This document shows, piece after piece, positions 8,923-18,732 of a stretch of 64,000 nt of DNA; the stretch's first letter is position 1, and each line of letters opens with the position of its first letter. This DNA comes from an uncultured Alphaproteobacteria bacterium (GTDB lineage Bacteria > Pseudomonadota > Alphaproteobacteria > Rhizobiales > Xanthobacteraceae), in contig CAVUHE010000021.1 in the NCBI GenBank assembly GCA_963741185.1, positions 7,225 through 71,224 of the forward strand, in the 5' to 3' direction. Both the position numbers and the translations under genes were made by a program. Below the pieces are notes generated by a model. That model did no database searches. It saw only the letters and a list, made by a program, of their open reading frames with translations, and had not been told where the DNA came from.

Positions 8923-9570
8923 GTGTCAGATAGTGCACAAGGGCAGATAACGATCTGGGGTCGAGCCAATTCGGTCAACGTCCAGAAAGTGCTTTGGTGT
9001 CTGCGCGAGCTTGATCTTGCCTATGAGCGGGTCGATGCCGGCATGGCGTTCGGCAAGAATGACGAGCCGGCCTATCTTGCGATGAATCCCAACGGGCGTG
9101 TGCCAACACTCGTCGAGGGCGATTTCGTGCTTTGGGAATCCAACTCGATCATGCGCTACCTTGTGCTGGCCTACCGGCCGCAATCACCGCTCTATCCGCA
9201 AGTGGCACGGGTGCGCGCGAGCGTGGACCGTTGGCTCGATTGGACGCTCTCGACGTTGCAGCCGGTCGATCGTCCAGTGTTCTGGGCCCTGGTAAGGACC
9301 CCCGTTGAACAAAGGGACATGGCCGCGATCCAGAAAGATGCCGACGCCGAGGCCGCGCAATGGCGCATCGTCGATGCTCACTTGGCTGCGCGGCGATTCA
9401 TCGAAGGCGACGAATTCACGCTGGCAGACATCGCGCTTGGCGCCTATGCGCGGCGCTGGTTTGGCGTCGAGGGGATCAGCAAGCCACAGCTCAAAAATCT
9501 CGAGCGCTGGTTCGCCCAATTGGGTAGCCGGCCGGGCTTTGTGCAATTCATTGCGCCGCCGATGTCATAA
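8923..9570 (+). CDS. glutathione S-transferase
   Basis: The N-terminal thioredoxin-like part (NPNGRVPTL...LWESNSIMRYL) and the C-terminal GST domain are both present. Confidence 0.85.
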   Translation: MSDSAQGQITIWGRANSVNVQKVLWCLRELDLAYERVDAGMAFGKNDEPAYLAMNPNGRVPTLVEGDFVLWESNSIMRYLVLAYRPQSPLYPQVARVRASVDRWLDWTLSTLQPVDRPVFWALVRTPVEQRDMAAIQKDADAEAAQWRIVDAHLAARRFIEGDEFTLADIALGAYARRWFGVEGISKPQLKNLERWFAQLGSRPGFVQFIAPPMS

Positions 9571-9647
9571 CACCGCCCGTCGGCCTGGAGCCCACCTCAT
9601 CGCTCGGCCAGTGAGACCAAAGCACGCGCGGCGAGTTGCGAAAGTGG

Positions 9648-9905
9648 TTATCGGACGAACTTGACGCCGAATGATTTGCCGCGACGCCACACCACTTCGC
9701 AGTTCCGCCCCGTCCTCGCGTCGCGCGAAAATGCCAGCCGCACCCTGCCCGCCAGCACGCTGGAATCGGCGACCGTGATCTTCGCGCCGGCGGACGACAT
9801 ATCGTGCACCATGCACCGGCGCGCCGCGAAGCCTCCGTCCAGCGTAACCCAGCCGGTCTGCTGCACTGACTTGCGCGCTTCGCGCTTCTTGCTGGCTCCG
9901 GCCAT
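9648..9905 (-). CDS. PilZ domain protein
   Basis: 85 aa with the KKREARK...DMSSAGAKI pattern typical of single-domain PilZ proteins. Confidence 0.7.
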   Translation of the reverse strand: MAGASKKREARKSVQQTGWVTLDGGFAARRCMVHDMSSAGAKITVADSSVLAGRVRLAFSRDARTGRNCEVVWRRGKSFGVKFVR

Positions 9906-10227
9906 TTCTTGGCTCCGGCGGAAAATGTTCTCGCATCTTCCCTATCCGTTGGGGCTTTAAAAACCGTTGCAATGCCTGCGAATATCCGCAACGCCGAGGC
10001 CGTCAGCAGGCCATCACTTTTGCCGCAAGACCGGCTTCCGCGCGGCTTGCCCGGGCGCGCAAACGCCACTATACGTTCGCCGCCGCCAGTCGGACCACGA
10101 GCCATGGTCTTAAGGCGGACGGTGCCAACGCAGCCTCAAAGCGTTGAGTTACCGAATGAATTTGGTTTTTAGTCAAGGCAAAGCAGCGGTGCCTCGGCCG
10201 GTCGGTCGTGGCAAAGCGAGTGCTTTC

Positions 10228-10302
10228 GCTCCCTTCGTCTATCGGTTAGGACGCCACCCTTTCACGGTGGAGAGAGCGGTTCGATTCCGCTAGGGAGCGC
10301 CA
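10228..10302 (+). tRNA. tRNA-Glu (anticodon UUC)
   Basis: GCTCCCTTCGTCTATCGGTTAGGACGCCACCCTTTCACGGTGGAGAGAGCGGTTCGATTCCGCTAGGGAGCGCCA. All stems pair and the anticodon loop is CTTTCAC. Confidence 0.95.
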
Positions 10303-10443
10303 TCGCCTCAAATGGCCCCCGAAATGAAGAGGGTGAACTATCATGGCTTCTGCCGTTTCCGCATTTTGGGGCACATCGGGATTGCAGTCTGCATGCGCGT
10401 CCGTCCCCGGGCCGCAACTGGCGTAAGAAAGCAGCGGCAATCA

Positions 10444-10767
10444 ATGTCCGGCCGACTACGCAATCTCGCGATCGTGGCAGCCCTGACCTCCGCGGGTTGC
10501 TCTCTCGGCAATCTCAATTTGGGAACGACCAACTATAAAGGCCAGCCCATCAACGCCGTCGCCAACAAGCTCGGCTGGCCGCCAAATGAAACGGACACGA
10601 TTGCGGGCCAAAAAAGCTATGTATGGGTCAAGGGCAACGCCCTCTATCAGTGCCGAATACGGGTCACGATGGCCGGAGATGTCATCGACACTTATGAGGG
10701 ATCAGGCGATGTCAATATTTGCTCCCAATACGGTGCCCTATCCGGTGGGCTGAAGGGCTATGAATAG
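10444..10767 (+). CDS. putative lipoprotein
   Basis: MSGRLRNLAIVAALTSAGCS carries a lipobox (LTSAGC). Confidence 0.6.
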   Translation: MSGRLRNLAIVAALTSAGCSLGNLNLGTTNYKGQPINAVANKLGWPPNETDTIAGQKSYVWVKGNALYQCRIRVTMAGDVIDTYEGSGDVNICSQYGALSGGLKGYE

Positions 10768-10854
10768 GCAAATCCGCGAAGGCCGGCGACCAAGCTGTCA
10801 CGCCTCCATGAAAATTCGTCGAGCCGTACGGCTTGCTGCGTAGGACCGGCTCTC

Positions 10855-12087
10855 GTGGCTGACAATTATTCGAAGGTCGACGGCGCTCGCGTTCTTGCCA
10901 ATCTCAATGAGCTTCGCGCGATCGGCGCCTACAAGACCGGCGTCCACAGGCCGACTTTTTCCGAGCCGCATATGCGCTCACTTAAGTGGCTGGCCGAGAG
11001 GCTACCCGAGGCGGCACTCGCAGCCGAGATAGACGGCATCGGCAATGTGTTCGGAACAAGTGCGAAATCCGGGTCGAAATTACTCGCAGGTTCGCATCTC
11101 GAAAGCCAGAATTTCGCGGGCTGGCTCGATGGCCCGCTTGGCGTCGTCTATGCGCTCGAAGCCGCCCGCGTCATCAATCCCGATCCGGGCATCAAAGGCG
11201 CTGTTGAAGTCGCGGCATGGTGCGATGAGGAAGGACATTTCGGTCACTTTCTCGGCAGCAGGTCCTATGTCGGCGGCGTGACCGAGGCGGATATCGACGA
11301 GGCGCGCGACCGCAGCAGCGAGCGCACCATGCGCCAAGCGCTGCGAGATGTGGGTCTTGCGGGCCGAGCGCGCGCAAAGGCCGAACGCGGACGGCATATC
11401 GGATATATCGAGGCTCACATCGAGCAAGGCCTGACGCTCGAAGGCACCGGCCTCAGGATCGGCGTCGTCACTTCGATCGTCGGCATCTGGCAATACCGAA
11501 TTGTCCTGACTGGCGAACAAAATCACGCGGGCACGACGCGAATGAAGGATCGCAAGGATGCAGGCCTCGCGATTGCGCGGCTCTGCGTGGCCATCGATGA
11601 TCGTTTCCCTGCATCATGTGGCCCGCGGACCGTATGGACCACCGGCCGCATCACCCTTGATCCCGGCGCGCCGAGTATCATCCCCGGACGCGCTGAAATG
11701 CTGTTCCAGATCCGCGATGACAATCGTGAGATCGTCGAGCGACTGGAAACGCTGTTGCGGGACTTGGCCGCGGAGGTCAGCGCGATGGGCCGCTGCAGCG
11801 CGGAGGTGACGCGCATTCGCACCGGCGCCCCCGCCGCGATGGATGCCAGATTTCAACAGGCCATCGAAGAGGCAAGCGTGACCTTTGCCTCGGGGAAGTC
11901 AGTCCGCATGCCCAGCGGCGCCGGTCATGACGCCCAGGTGCTCGCCACGATCATGCCCGCGGGCATGTTGTTCGTACCCTCGATCGGCGGCATCAGCCAT
12001 CACTGGAGCGAAAACACCGCCGACGCAGATATCGTCACAGGCGCGCAGGTCTTTGTTGAGACGTGCAGGCTGCTGCTGGCGCAATAA
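10855..12087 (+). CDS. M20-family amidohydrolase (allantoate amidohydrolase / N-carbamoyl-amino-acid hydrolase type)
   Basis: 410 aa. GSHLESQNFAGWLDG, CDEEG and SGAGHDA fit the Zn-dependent hydantoin-utilisation hydrolase family. Confidence 0.85.
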   Translation: MADNYSKVDGARVLANLNELRAIGAYKTGVHRPTFSEPHMRSLKWLAERLPEAALAAEIDGIGNVFGTSAKSGSKLLAGSHLESQNFAGWLDGPLGVVYALEAARVINPDPGIKGAVEVAAWCDEEGHFGHFLGSRSYVGGVTEADIDEARDRSSERTMRQALRDVGLAGRARAKAERGRHIGYIEAHIEQGLTLEGTGLRIGVVTSIVGIWQYRIVLTGEQNHAGTTRMKDRKDAGLAIARLCVAIDDRFPASCGPRTVWTTGRITLDPGAPSIIPGRAEMLFQIRDDNREIVERLETLLRDLAAEVSAMGRCSAEVTRIRTGAPAAMDARFQQAIEEASVTFASGKSVRMPSGAGHDAQVLATIMPAGMLFVPSIGGISHHWSENTADADIVTGAQVFVETCRLLLAQ

Positions 12088-12123
12088 TCCGCCTCTTAGG
12101 AGTTGAGGCGTTTGCGCGACGAG

Positions 12124-12903
12124 CTATTTGCCCTGCCAGCGCGGCGGCCGCTTCTCCGCAAAGGCCCTCGGACCCTCGACATAATCTGCGGACTCGACCA
12201 TTTCGCGCACCGCCGGAAATTCTCGCTGCGCAACCATTGCCTCAGGCAGCGTGACGTTCAGCCCTTCCATGACAGCCTGTTTCGACGCGCGGATCGACAT
12301 CGGGCTGTTCTGGCAGATCTGGCCGGCCCAGCGCTCCGCCGCGGCGAGCGCTTCCCCTGGGGCGACCACTTCATTGACGAAGCCCAGCTCCAGCCCTTCG
12401 CGAGCGGAGACGTGCCGGCCAGTCAGGATCATGCCCATGGCACGTTTCAATCCGATCTGGCGGGGGAGGCGCTGCAGACCGCCGGCGAGCGCGGCAAGAC
12501 CGACGCGCGGCTCGGGCAACGCGAAGGTGGCGTTCTCGGATGCAATGATGAGATCGCAGGCAAGCGCGATTTCGAATCCGCCGCCCATCGCCACACCATT
12601 GACCGCAGCGATGATCGGCTTATCGCAGTGGAAGCGCATCGTCAGCCCGCCAAAGCCGCTTGAATTCCAACCACGCTCGCCACCTGCCGCCTGCCACTTC
12701 AGGTCATTGCCCGCGCAGAAGGCACGGTCGCCAGCTCCCGTGACAATTGCCACCCACTGATCGGGATCGGCGGCAAATGCGTTGAACACCTCATGCAATT
12801 CGAAATGGGCCGGCTTATGCAGGGCGTTCATGACGCTGGGACGGTTCAGCGTCACGATCGTGATACGACCGGCGTGTTTTACGTCGACAAATTCGAAAGT
12901 CAT
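12124..12903 (-). CDS. enoyl-CoA hydratase/isomerase family protein
   Basis: Crotonase fold motifs: ITLNRP..MNAL, GAGDRAFCAGNDL and AAVNGVAMGGGFE. Confidence 0.85.
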   Translation of the reverse strand: MTFEFVDVKHAGRITIVTLNRPSVMNALHKPAHFELHEVFNAFAADPDQWVAIVTGAGDRAFCAGNDLKWQAAGGERGWNSSGFGGLTMRFHCDKPIIAAVNGVAMGGGFEIALACDLIIASENATFALPEPRVGLAALAGGLQRLPRQIGLKRAMGMILTGRHVSAREGLELGFVNEVVAPGEALAAAERWAGQICQNSPMSIRASKQAVMEGLNVTLPEAMVAQREFPAVREMVESADYVEGPRAFAEKRPPRWQGK

Positions 12904-13155
12904 GGCGGTCCCCCTCGGCTTAAGTTCTTGCATGCATCCTTTGACAAAGGTATTCGAAGGCGGAACCACAAGTCCATCTGGGCGGTCTTGCCGTGCGCCC
13001 GATCGCCGCGTTCCGAACTAAACTATTATTTATTCAAATCGATCCAGCCGCTTTCCGGGTCTTCGGCGGAGGGGTCAAAGTTTGAGGTCCAAGATTGGGT
13101 CAAAGTTTTCGGAGCCCGGCAGTTCGTCCTTCGGCGCGGCGATCCGGCGCCCCGG

Positions 13156-13329
13156 TCATTGCGGTTGAATGACGTTGCAGTTGGTGCGTCCCGACATCAG
13201 GCAATCCTGCATCTTGCTGGCCGCGGTCAGCTCGCGCGCGAGCCACAATCCCACCACCAGCAGAACGACCGCGATCGCCAATCCCGCAATCGCGGGCCTT
13301 CGGTTTTCTTGAGGCTCAGGTTCATTCAT
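13156..13329 (-). CDS. 57-aa single-TM protein (below the ORF-track cutoff)
   Basis: Hand translation gives MNEPEPQENRRPAIAGLAIAVVLLVVGLWLARELTAASKMQDCLMSGRTNCNVIQPQ. Confidence 0.45.
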   Translation of the reverse strand: MNEPEPQENRRPAIAGLAIAVVLLVVGLWLARELTAASKMQDCLMSGRTNCNVIQPQ

Positions 13330-13375
13330 CGCAGGGCGCTCTCACTCACTTGTTCTTTATTTGCCCGCTCCGGCA

Positions 13376-13603
13376 TCAATCAAGTCTGCGGCGCCCCCAA
13401 CGAATGGCCGCCCAAACCCGCTCGTGAACATAATACCACGCAATCTTGGTGACGATCTCCAGACCCGCGATCGAGCCCGCAATCTCGACCTTGCCCGTGA
13501 AAAACCAGCTGATCGCAAACGTGTCCAAGGTTCCCAGCGTCCGCCAGCTCACGGCCTTGAGAACCGATCGTGAATGTGTTTCTGCCCCACGGAAAAAAAC
13601 CAC
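13376..13603 (-). CDS. DUF2061 membrane protein
   Basis: ETHSRSVLKAVSWRTLGTLDTF...WYYVHERVW. Confidence 0.65.
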   Translation of the reverse strand: MVFFRGAETHSRSVLKAVSWRTLGTLDTFAISWFFTGKVEIAGSIAGLEIVTKIAWYYVHERVWAAIRWGRRRLD

Positions 13604-14154
13604 CCCGCGTGCCTCCCTGCTTATTTTGCTACAACCCTATCATGTGAAACGCCGCAGCCCTGTGCCGATGTCATGCGTCGAAGGAATGCCCCCGGCACTC
13701 CGCGCGAATGCGCGTAATATGGTCTCGAAAATTCGCAAAACTCATTGATTTGACTAAATATCCTCGCAATCGGCGCACTCGATCCGAACTCGTGGTCTGA
13801 TTGCATAGGCTGCATGACGGGTCTAAACGCGACACTCCTCCGCTGACGGCCATTTGCGCGTTTTCGCAATCGCCGTGGCCCGGACCCCAGGTTGCAGGGC
13901 AATCGCCGATGCGGATGACGGTGCCCGTCACGACGGCCCGGCGTCTGCACAACAGCTGAGCACCGCGAAATCTGAAGATGCGATTGGCGCCGAAGTCGCG
14001 GCGGATGAAGACACGACCCGAAGATTCTCTGCGTGGGTTGTTGAAGAACGACCGTTGCCAAGCGATAATTCGACGGAACCCTGGTGCCTGTTTTCGTGGG
14101 CAACTGCATTTGAACGGTGGATCACATTGAAAAATGGCATATTTGCCATCCTAG

Positions 14155-15192
14155 ATGCTTGTTCTTGAAGCCCTCCCGACCGTCGTAGGCACGGCCGCGG
14201 TAGCGCCCGCGCTGCTGATTCTTTGGCTTGTGGTAGCCGCCGGCGAGCGGCCTGGACCTCCGGCGAAAGTCTGGAGCGCCTTTCTGTTGGGCGCTGCCAG
14301 CATTTCGCTGCTCGGGATCGTTCGTGCGCCATTCATGTCGCTCCTCCCGGCTCCCGAAAACCCCTGGATAGCGCAGGCGATGCATTCGCTTTTCGGAGTC
14401 GCGCTGCCCGAGGAAGCCGTCAAGCTCCTGGTCATTGTTGCGGTGTCGGCGCGGCGGCGGCCTTTGGCCGATCCAATGGATACGGTGGTTTATGGCGCTG
14501 CCGCAGGACTTGGCTTTGCTGCTTACGAAAACCTCGCCTATCTCATTCAGCACGCGGATATGTGGCAATCACTGGCCGCGTTGCGCAGTATCTTAACGGT
14601 GCCATTCCACGGCGCGCTTGGAATCATTGCCGGCGCTTATCTGGCGATCGCACGGTCGGGCACTGCGCTCGGTGCGCACCGGCATCACCGCGATTGGGCG
14701 CGGATCTCAAGCCGGATCCTGGTGTTGGCGGCGCCGGTGGCTCTGCACGCAGCTTTCGATTTCCCCTTGCTCACGCTGCAGAAGAATCCGGATATCGATC
14801 CCACCACCCGGCTTGTCTTGGGATCGGCAAGCGTGCTGATCGGGTTTACTTCGATCGCGTTTGCCGCCCGCCTGATGCGTCGGGTCGGCCGCCATCACGC
14901 TCCGCGCACCGAGATTGCCCGCGAACGACTAAGCCAGCTCCGGCGAATGTGGGCCTTGCTGGTGCTGGGGGGCGGTGCCGGATTTGCCGGCCTGGCTTTC
15001 GTCCTCACGTCAATCCACCACTGGCTGCTAAATCCAGATCGGAACATGGCGCTCGTGCTAGTGCCGATCGGCCTCGTCTCGATCGCGGTCGGCATCGCGT
15101 TGCTGGTGGTCACGACGGCGGTCTATATTCTCGGCCGCGACCGAATGCGCACCAATTCGCAGACCTTTTCATCCGTGCCCGGCCGGGGATGA
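14155..15192 (+). CDS. PrsW-family intramembrane metalloprotease
   Basis: Multi-TM protein with the EEAVK, GLGFAAYEN and FHGALG motifs. Start codon uncertain. Confidence 0.75.
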   Translation: MLVLEALPTVVGTAAVAPALLILWLVVAAGERPGPPAKVWSAFLLGAASISLLGIVRAPFMSLLPAPENPWIAQAMHSLFGVALPEEAVKLLVIVAVSARRRPLADPMDTVVYGAAAGLGFAAYENLAYLIQHADMWQSLAALRSILTVPFHGALGIIAGAYLAIARSGTALGAHRHHRDWARISSRILVLAAPVALHAAFDFPLLTLQKNPDIDPTTRLVLGSASVLIGFTSIAFAARLMRRVGRHHAPRTEIARERLSQLRRMWALLVLGGGAGFAGLAFVLTSIHHWLLNPDRNMALVLVPIGLVSIAVGIALLVVTTAVYILGRDRMRTNSQTFSSVPGRG

Positions 15193-15327
15193 AGCAGCAG
15201 GCAAAGCTGCGAAAATTTCACTCCAGGCGCGTTAGGGAACAAGTTTGATGAGGTCGCGCATGGCCACGCTATATTTGTGCCGTCATCTTGTAGCGTCATT
15301 CTGCATCGCCAGCATGGGAGATTTGCA

Positions 15328-15900
15328 ATGACCCTTTCTCAGGACATCACCAACCTGCAGTCGAAAATGCGCGCGGCCGTGCGCGAGCACTGGAGGGCGT
15401 TCTTGTTCGAGGGCATCCTGCTGGTGATTTTCGGGCTGGCCGCGATAATCGTGCCGCCGCTGGCTAGCCTTGCTGTCACCATCCTTCTCGGCTGGTTGTT
15501 CCTGATCAGCGGCATCGCCGGGTTAGCGCTGACATTCTGGGCGCGGGAGATGCCCGGCTTCTGGTGGTCCTTGATTTCGGCGGCTCTCGCGGTCGTTGCG
15601 GGTGCGATCCTGCTGGCGCAGCCAGTGCAAGGCACGCTTACCCTTACGATCGTCGTCGGCGCCTATTTCCTCGCCGAGGGCGTTGCGACGATCTTGTACG
15701 CGCTGGAGCACCGCCGCGAGCTTTCTCAGCGCTGGTCCTGGTTGCTGGTTGCCGGAATCATGGATCTGTTGATCGCCGCGGTCATCATCACGGGATTGCC
15801 GGGGTCGGCCTCCTGGGCAATCGGCCTCCTGGTCGGCATCAATCTTCTGTTTGGCGGCGCTTCCCTGATCGGCATGGCGCTCGCCGCACGCAACGCCTGA
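15328..15900 (+). CDS. HdeD/DUF308 family membrane protein
   Basis: Repeated G..L...G TM pairs. Internal ATG with a GGGAG SD. Confidence 0.75.
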   Translation: MTLSQDITNLQSKMRAAVREHWRAFLFEGILLVIFGLAAIIVPPLASLAVTILLGWLFLISGIAGLALTFWAREMPGFWWSLISAALAVVAGAILLAQPVQGTLTLTIVVGAYFLAEGVATILYALEHRRELSQRWSWLLVAGIMDLLIAAVIITGLPGSASWAIGLLVGINLLFGGASLIGMALAARNA

Positions 15901-15935
15901 CCCCGCCAACCAGGTACTACTTTCTCGAAAGCGCG

Positions 15936-16181
15936 CTAGCAGCCACGACAGATGCTCTTGATCTTGCGGTCGAGCGCAGCGTCTTCGCGGTTGGCGGTAC
16001 TATTGGGATTGTTCAGGTCTTTCTCCGAGGGCACTTGATCGGCCCGCGGCTGCCTGTGGCCGACCGGCGCCGGCCACGGCCCTTGCTTGTCCGATGACGA
16101 CGAATTTGTCCCGGTTTGCGCGATCCCTGCTGAACCGGCCGTCAGAAATAGAAGCGTCGTGGTCAAAAATAGCTTTCGCAT
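15936..16181 (-). CDS. small secreted protein
   Basis: MRKLFLTTTLLFLTAGSAGIAQ signal peptide, with an SD upstream. Confidence 0.55.
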   Translation of the reverse strand: MRKLFLTTTLLFLTAGSAGIAQTGTNSSSSDKQGPWPAPVGHRQPRADQVPSEKDLNNPNSTANREDAALDRKIKSICRGC

Positions 16182-16211
16182 CCTTGCTTCTCCCATCTCA
16201 GAGAAATGCGA

Positions 16212-17309
16212 TTACGGTTCCGGCGGATAAAGATGGACGTCACCGCAGTAATCGACCATACGATAACGTCTTTCTGAGGGTTGTTCACCGTCCTTCGAAA
16301 AAGAATTTAGAGGCGAAAGATAACTCGGGCCCGCCGGGGCCTTACCGTGGCCGCCGGGAATGTCGACCACGTAATCGGGTTGACAAAGTCCCGACACCCG
16401 ACCGCGCAACGCGCGCATGATTTCCTGACCGTGTTCCAATGTCGTTCGCAAATGCGAGGTGCCCGGGGCAAGATCGCCATGGTGCAAGTAATAGGGTTTG
16501 ATCCGACATTCGACGAAACCGCGCATCAGCGCTTCCAGTGTCGCGGGATCATCATTGACGCCGCGCAGCAAAACCGACTGGCTGACCATTGGAATACCGG
16601 CGTCCACAATCGCGGCACAGGCCGCGCGCGCCTTTCGCGTCAGCTCCCTGACGTGATTGGCGTGCAACGCTACCCAGGTCGTTGCGCCACTTACCTTAAG
16701 CGCGGCGATCATCTCGCGGCTGATGCGCGAAGGTTCAGCGACCGGCACGCGCGTGTGAATCCGGATGATCTTGACGTGATCGATGGCCGCCAGATCCGCC
16801 ATGATCTCCGTCAACCGCCGCGGCGACAACATCAACGGATCGCCGCCGGTCAGGATGACTTCCCATATTTCGGAATGGACGCGGATATAGGCGAGTGCGT
16901 TTTCGTAGGCGCCTTCCGACAGCGCGGTCGCCTTGCCCGGTCCGACCATCTCGCGTCGAAAACAGAACCGGCAGTACACCGCGCAGACGTGAAGCAGTTT
17001 GAACAGCACCCGATCGGGATAGCGATGCACAATACCGGAGACCGGTGAGTGCGCGTCGTCCCCGATCGGATCGGCTCTTTCATTGGGTTGCGCCACGAGT
17101 TCTTCCGCGCTCGGAATATATTGTCGCGCAATCGGGTCCTGGGGATCGTCGGGGTCGATCAGTTCGAAAATCTCCGGGGTGACCGCAATCGCATAGCGCG
17201 CGGCAACTTTTTGCAGATCGGGAACGGCTGCAACCGACACGAGACCATGTTCGGCCAGTTCCGTCGGCTCGCGCAAAGTGGTGATTGGCTTGAAATTGAT
17301 GCTGCTCAT
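16212..17309 (-). CDS. epmB: EF-P beta-lysylation protein EpmB (lysine 2,3-aminomutase-like radical SAM)
   Basis: CAVYCRFCFRREMVG radical-SAM motif. Sits next to epmA and efp. Confidence 0.85.
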   Translation of the reverse strand: MSSINFKPITTLREPTELAEHGLVSVAAVPDLQKVAARYAIAVTPEIFELIDPDDPQDPIARQYIPSAEELVAQPNERADPIGDDAHSPVSGIVHRYPDRVLFKLLHVCAVYCRFCFRREMVGPGKATALSEGAYENALAYIRVHSEIWEVILTGGDPLMLSPRRLTEIMADLAAIDHVKIIRIHTRVPVAEPSRISREMIAALKVSGATTWVALHANHVRELTRKARAACAAIVDAGIPMVSQSVLLRGVNDDPATLEALMRGFVECRIKPYYLHHGDLAPGTSHLRTTLEHGQEIMRALRGRVSGLCQPDYVVDIPGGHGKAPAGPSYLSPLNSFSKDGEQPSERRYRMVDYCGDVHLYPPEP

Positions 17310-18385
17310 GGCTCATCCGCCGGCGGCGTCCACACCACCTGATCAACTCCCGTTGCGCCGCTCGCCAGCATCACCAAGCGGTCGAGGCCAAGCGCGACCC
17401 CACTTGCTTGCGGCATGCTTGCGATCGCGGCAAGGAAATCCTCGTCCAGCGGATAATTTTCGCCATAGCGCCGCTGCTTCTCGCCCATGGCTTGCGCAAA
17501 GCGACGGCGCTGCTCGCCTGCGTCGGTCAACTCGCCAAATCCGTTGGCGAGTTCAACACCACAGGCGTAGACTTCGAAACGCTCGGCAACCCGCGGGTCG
17601 GAAGGCTTGGCGCGCGCCAGTGCCGCCTCGGGAGCCGGATACTCGTAGAGCAGGGTCAAACGCCCCTGCCCCAGATTTGGTTCAATATGTTCCACCAACA
17701 CCTTGCTGAATATATCGGACCAGGTGTCATCGTCGGTGATGCGAACCTTCGCCCTTGCCAAAGCCGCGAGCCTCGCTCTATCGCCATCACCTTCGATGAT
17801 TGTGGCCAGTAGGTCGATGCCGGCAAAGCGCTCGAAAGCCGCCGCCACCGTCAACAGTTCGGGCTCGGCAAAAGGATCGACGGTCCTGCCGCGAAATGAA
17901 AATTGCCCGATCCCGGTCGCCTGCGCGGCGTGAGCGATCACGACGACGCTGTCGGCCATCACGGCGTCGTAGGACGCGTTCGCCCGGTACCATTCGAGCA
18001 TGGTGAATTCGGGCAGATGCAGATGACCGCGCTCACGATCGCGAAACACCCGGGCAAATTCGAAGATCCTGGTTTCTCCGGCAGCGAGCAACTTCTTGCA
18101 GGCGAATTCCGGCGAGGTTCGCAAATACCGCGTTGTGCGCCGGCCGTCGGAGCCGACAAGCTCAGTGCGGGGCGCGTGCAAATGCGTCTCGTTGCCCGGC
18201 GAGACCTGCAAGACCGCGGTTTCCACTTCCGTAAAACCCTGTTCGTCGAACCAGGCCCGGATCGCCCTGACGATGGCATTTCTTGCGGCCAGAAAGGGCC
18301 TGGCGTCGGCATGCCTGCTGGCCGACCACCATGGCGACGGTTTGTGGCTTGCCGTGTCAGCGAGTTTCTCAGTCATCTCGACCAT
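17306..18385 (-). CDS. epmA: EF-P lysine aminoacylase EpmA (GenX/PoxA)
   Basis: Core resembles a class II LysRS without an anticodon domain. Its stop overlaps the epmB start (ATGA). The start is either 18385 or 18376. Confidence 0.85.
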   Translation of the reverse strand: MVEMTEKLADTASHKPSPWWSASRHADARPFLAARNAIVRAIRAWFDEQGFTEVETAVLQVSPGNETHLHAPRTELVGSDGRRTTRYLRTSPEFACKKLLAAGETRIFEFARVFRDRERGHLHLPEFTMLEWYRANASYDAVMADSVVVIAHAAQATGIGQFSFRGRTVDPFAEPELLTVAAAFERFAGIDLLATIIEGDGDRARLAALARAKVRITDDDTWSDIFSKVLVEHIEPNLGQGRLTLLYEYPAPEAALARAKPSDPRVAERFEVYACGVELANGFGELTDAGEQRRRFAQAMGEKQRRYGENYPLDEDFLAAIASMPQASGVALGLDRLVMLASGATGVDQVVWTPPADEP

Positions 18386-18732
18386 TTTGTTGCGTTGCGC
18401 CGCCTGAACCGTTGGCAGCCTCTGGATGACCAACCGCGAAGCTGGAATCAAGCCATGTTTGACCACGGATCGCGAACCGCATCGATCCCGTTCAAGACGG
18501 GGGAATTTTCGGTACCTCTCGACTTCGCCGAGAACAACGCGAGAGCCATCAAATACCCCGCGCCCAGATGAGCTTAACCGGCAAAGTTTGATCATTTCCG
18601 ACATCAACTTGCCGCCGTAAAACGCTGGCATCGATCGGCAAAATCAGTATGTTGCAGCCCGAACCCGCTTCGATGGCCTCGGGACGTTCATGTCCGGGTA
18701 GGTCGGGGGCCAGAATATCAGGAAAACCAGCT

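Noticed and set aside
14131-14146. Sigma-54 promoter (TGGCA...TTGC-like) before the PrsW gene
   Set aside because: The GG-to-GC spacing in TGGCATATTTGCC is about 9 nt, not the 12 nt required by the -24/-12 consensus. It is kept only as a small inverted repeat.
13854-14168. 104-aa plus-strand ORF in the long spacer
   Set aside because: Third-position GC looks only weakly biased compared with real genes here. There is no SD or recognisable domain, and it overlaps the PrsW start.
14223-15248. 341-aa ORF overlapping the PrsW-like gene in another frame
   Set aside because: The composition is Arg/Pro/Gly-rich, whereas the 14155..15192 frame gives clean TM helices and PrsW motifs.
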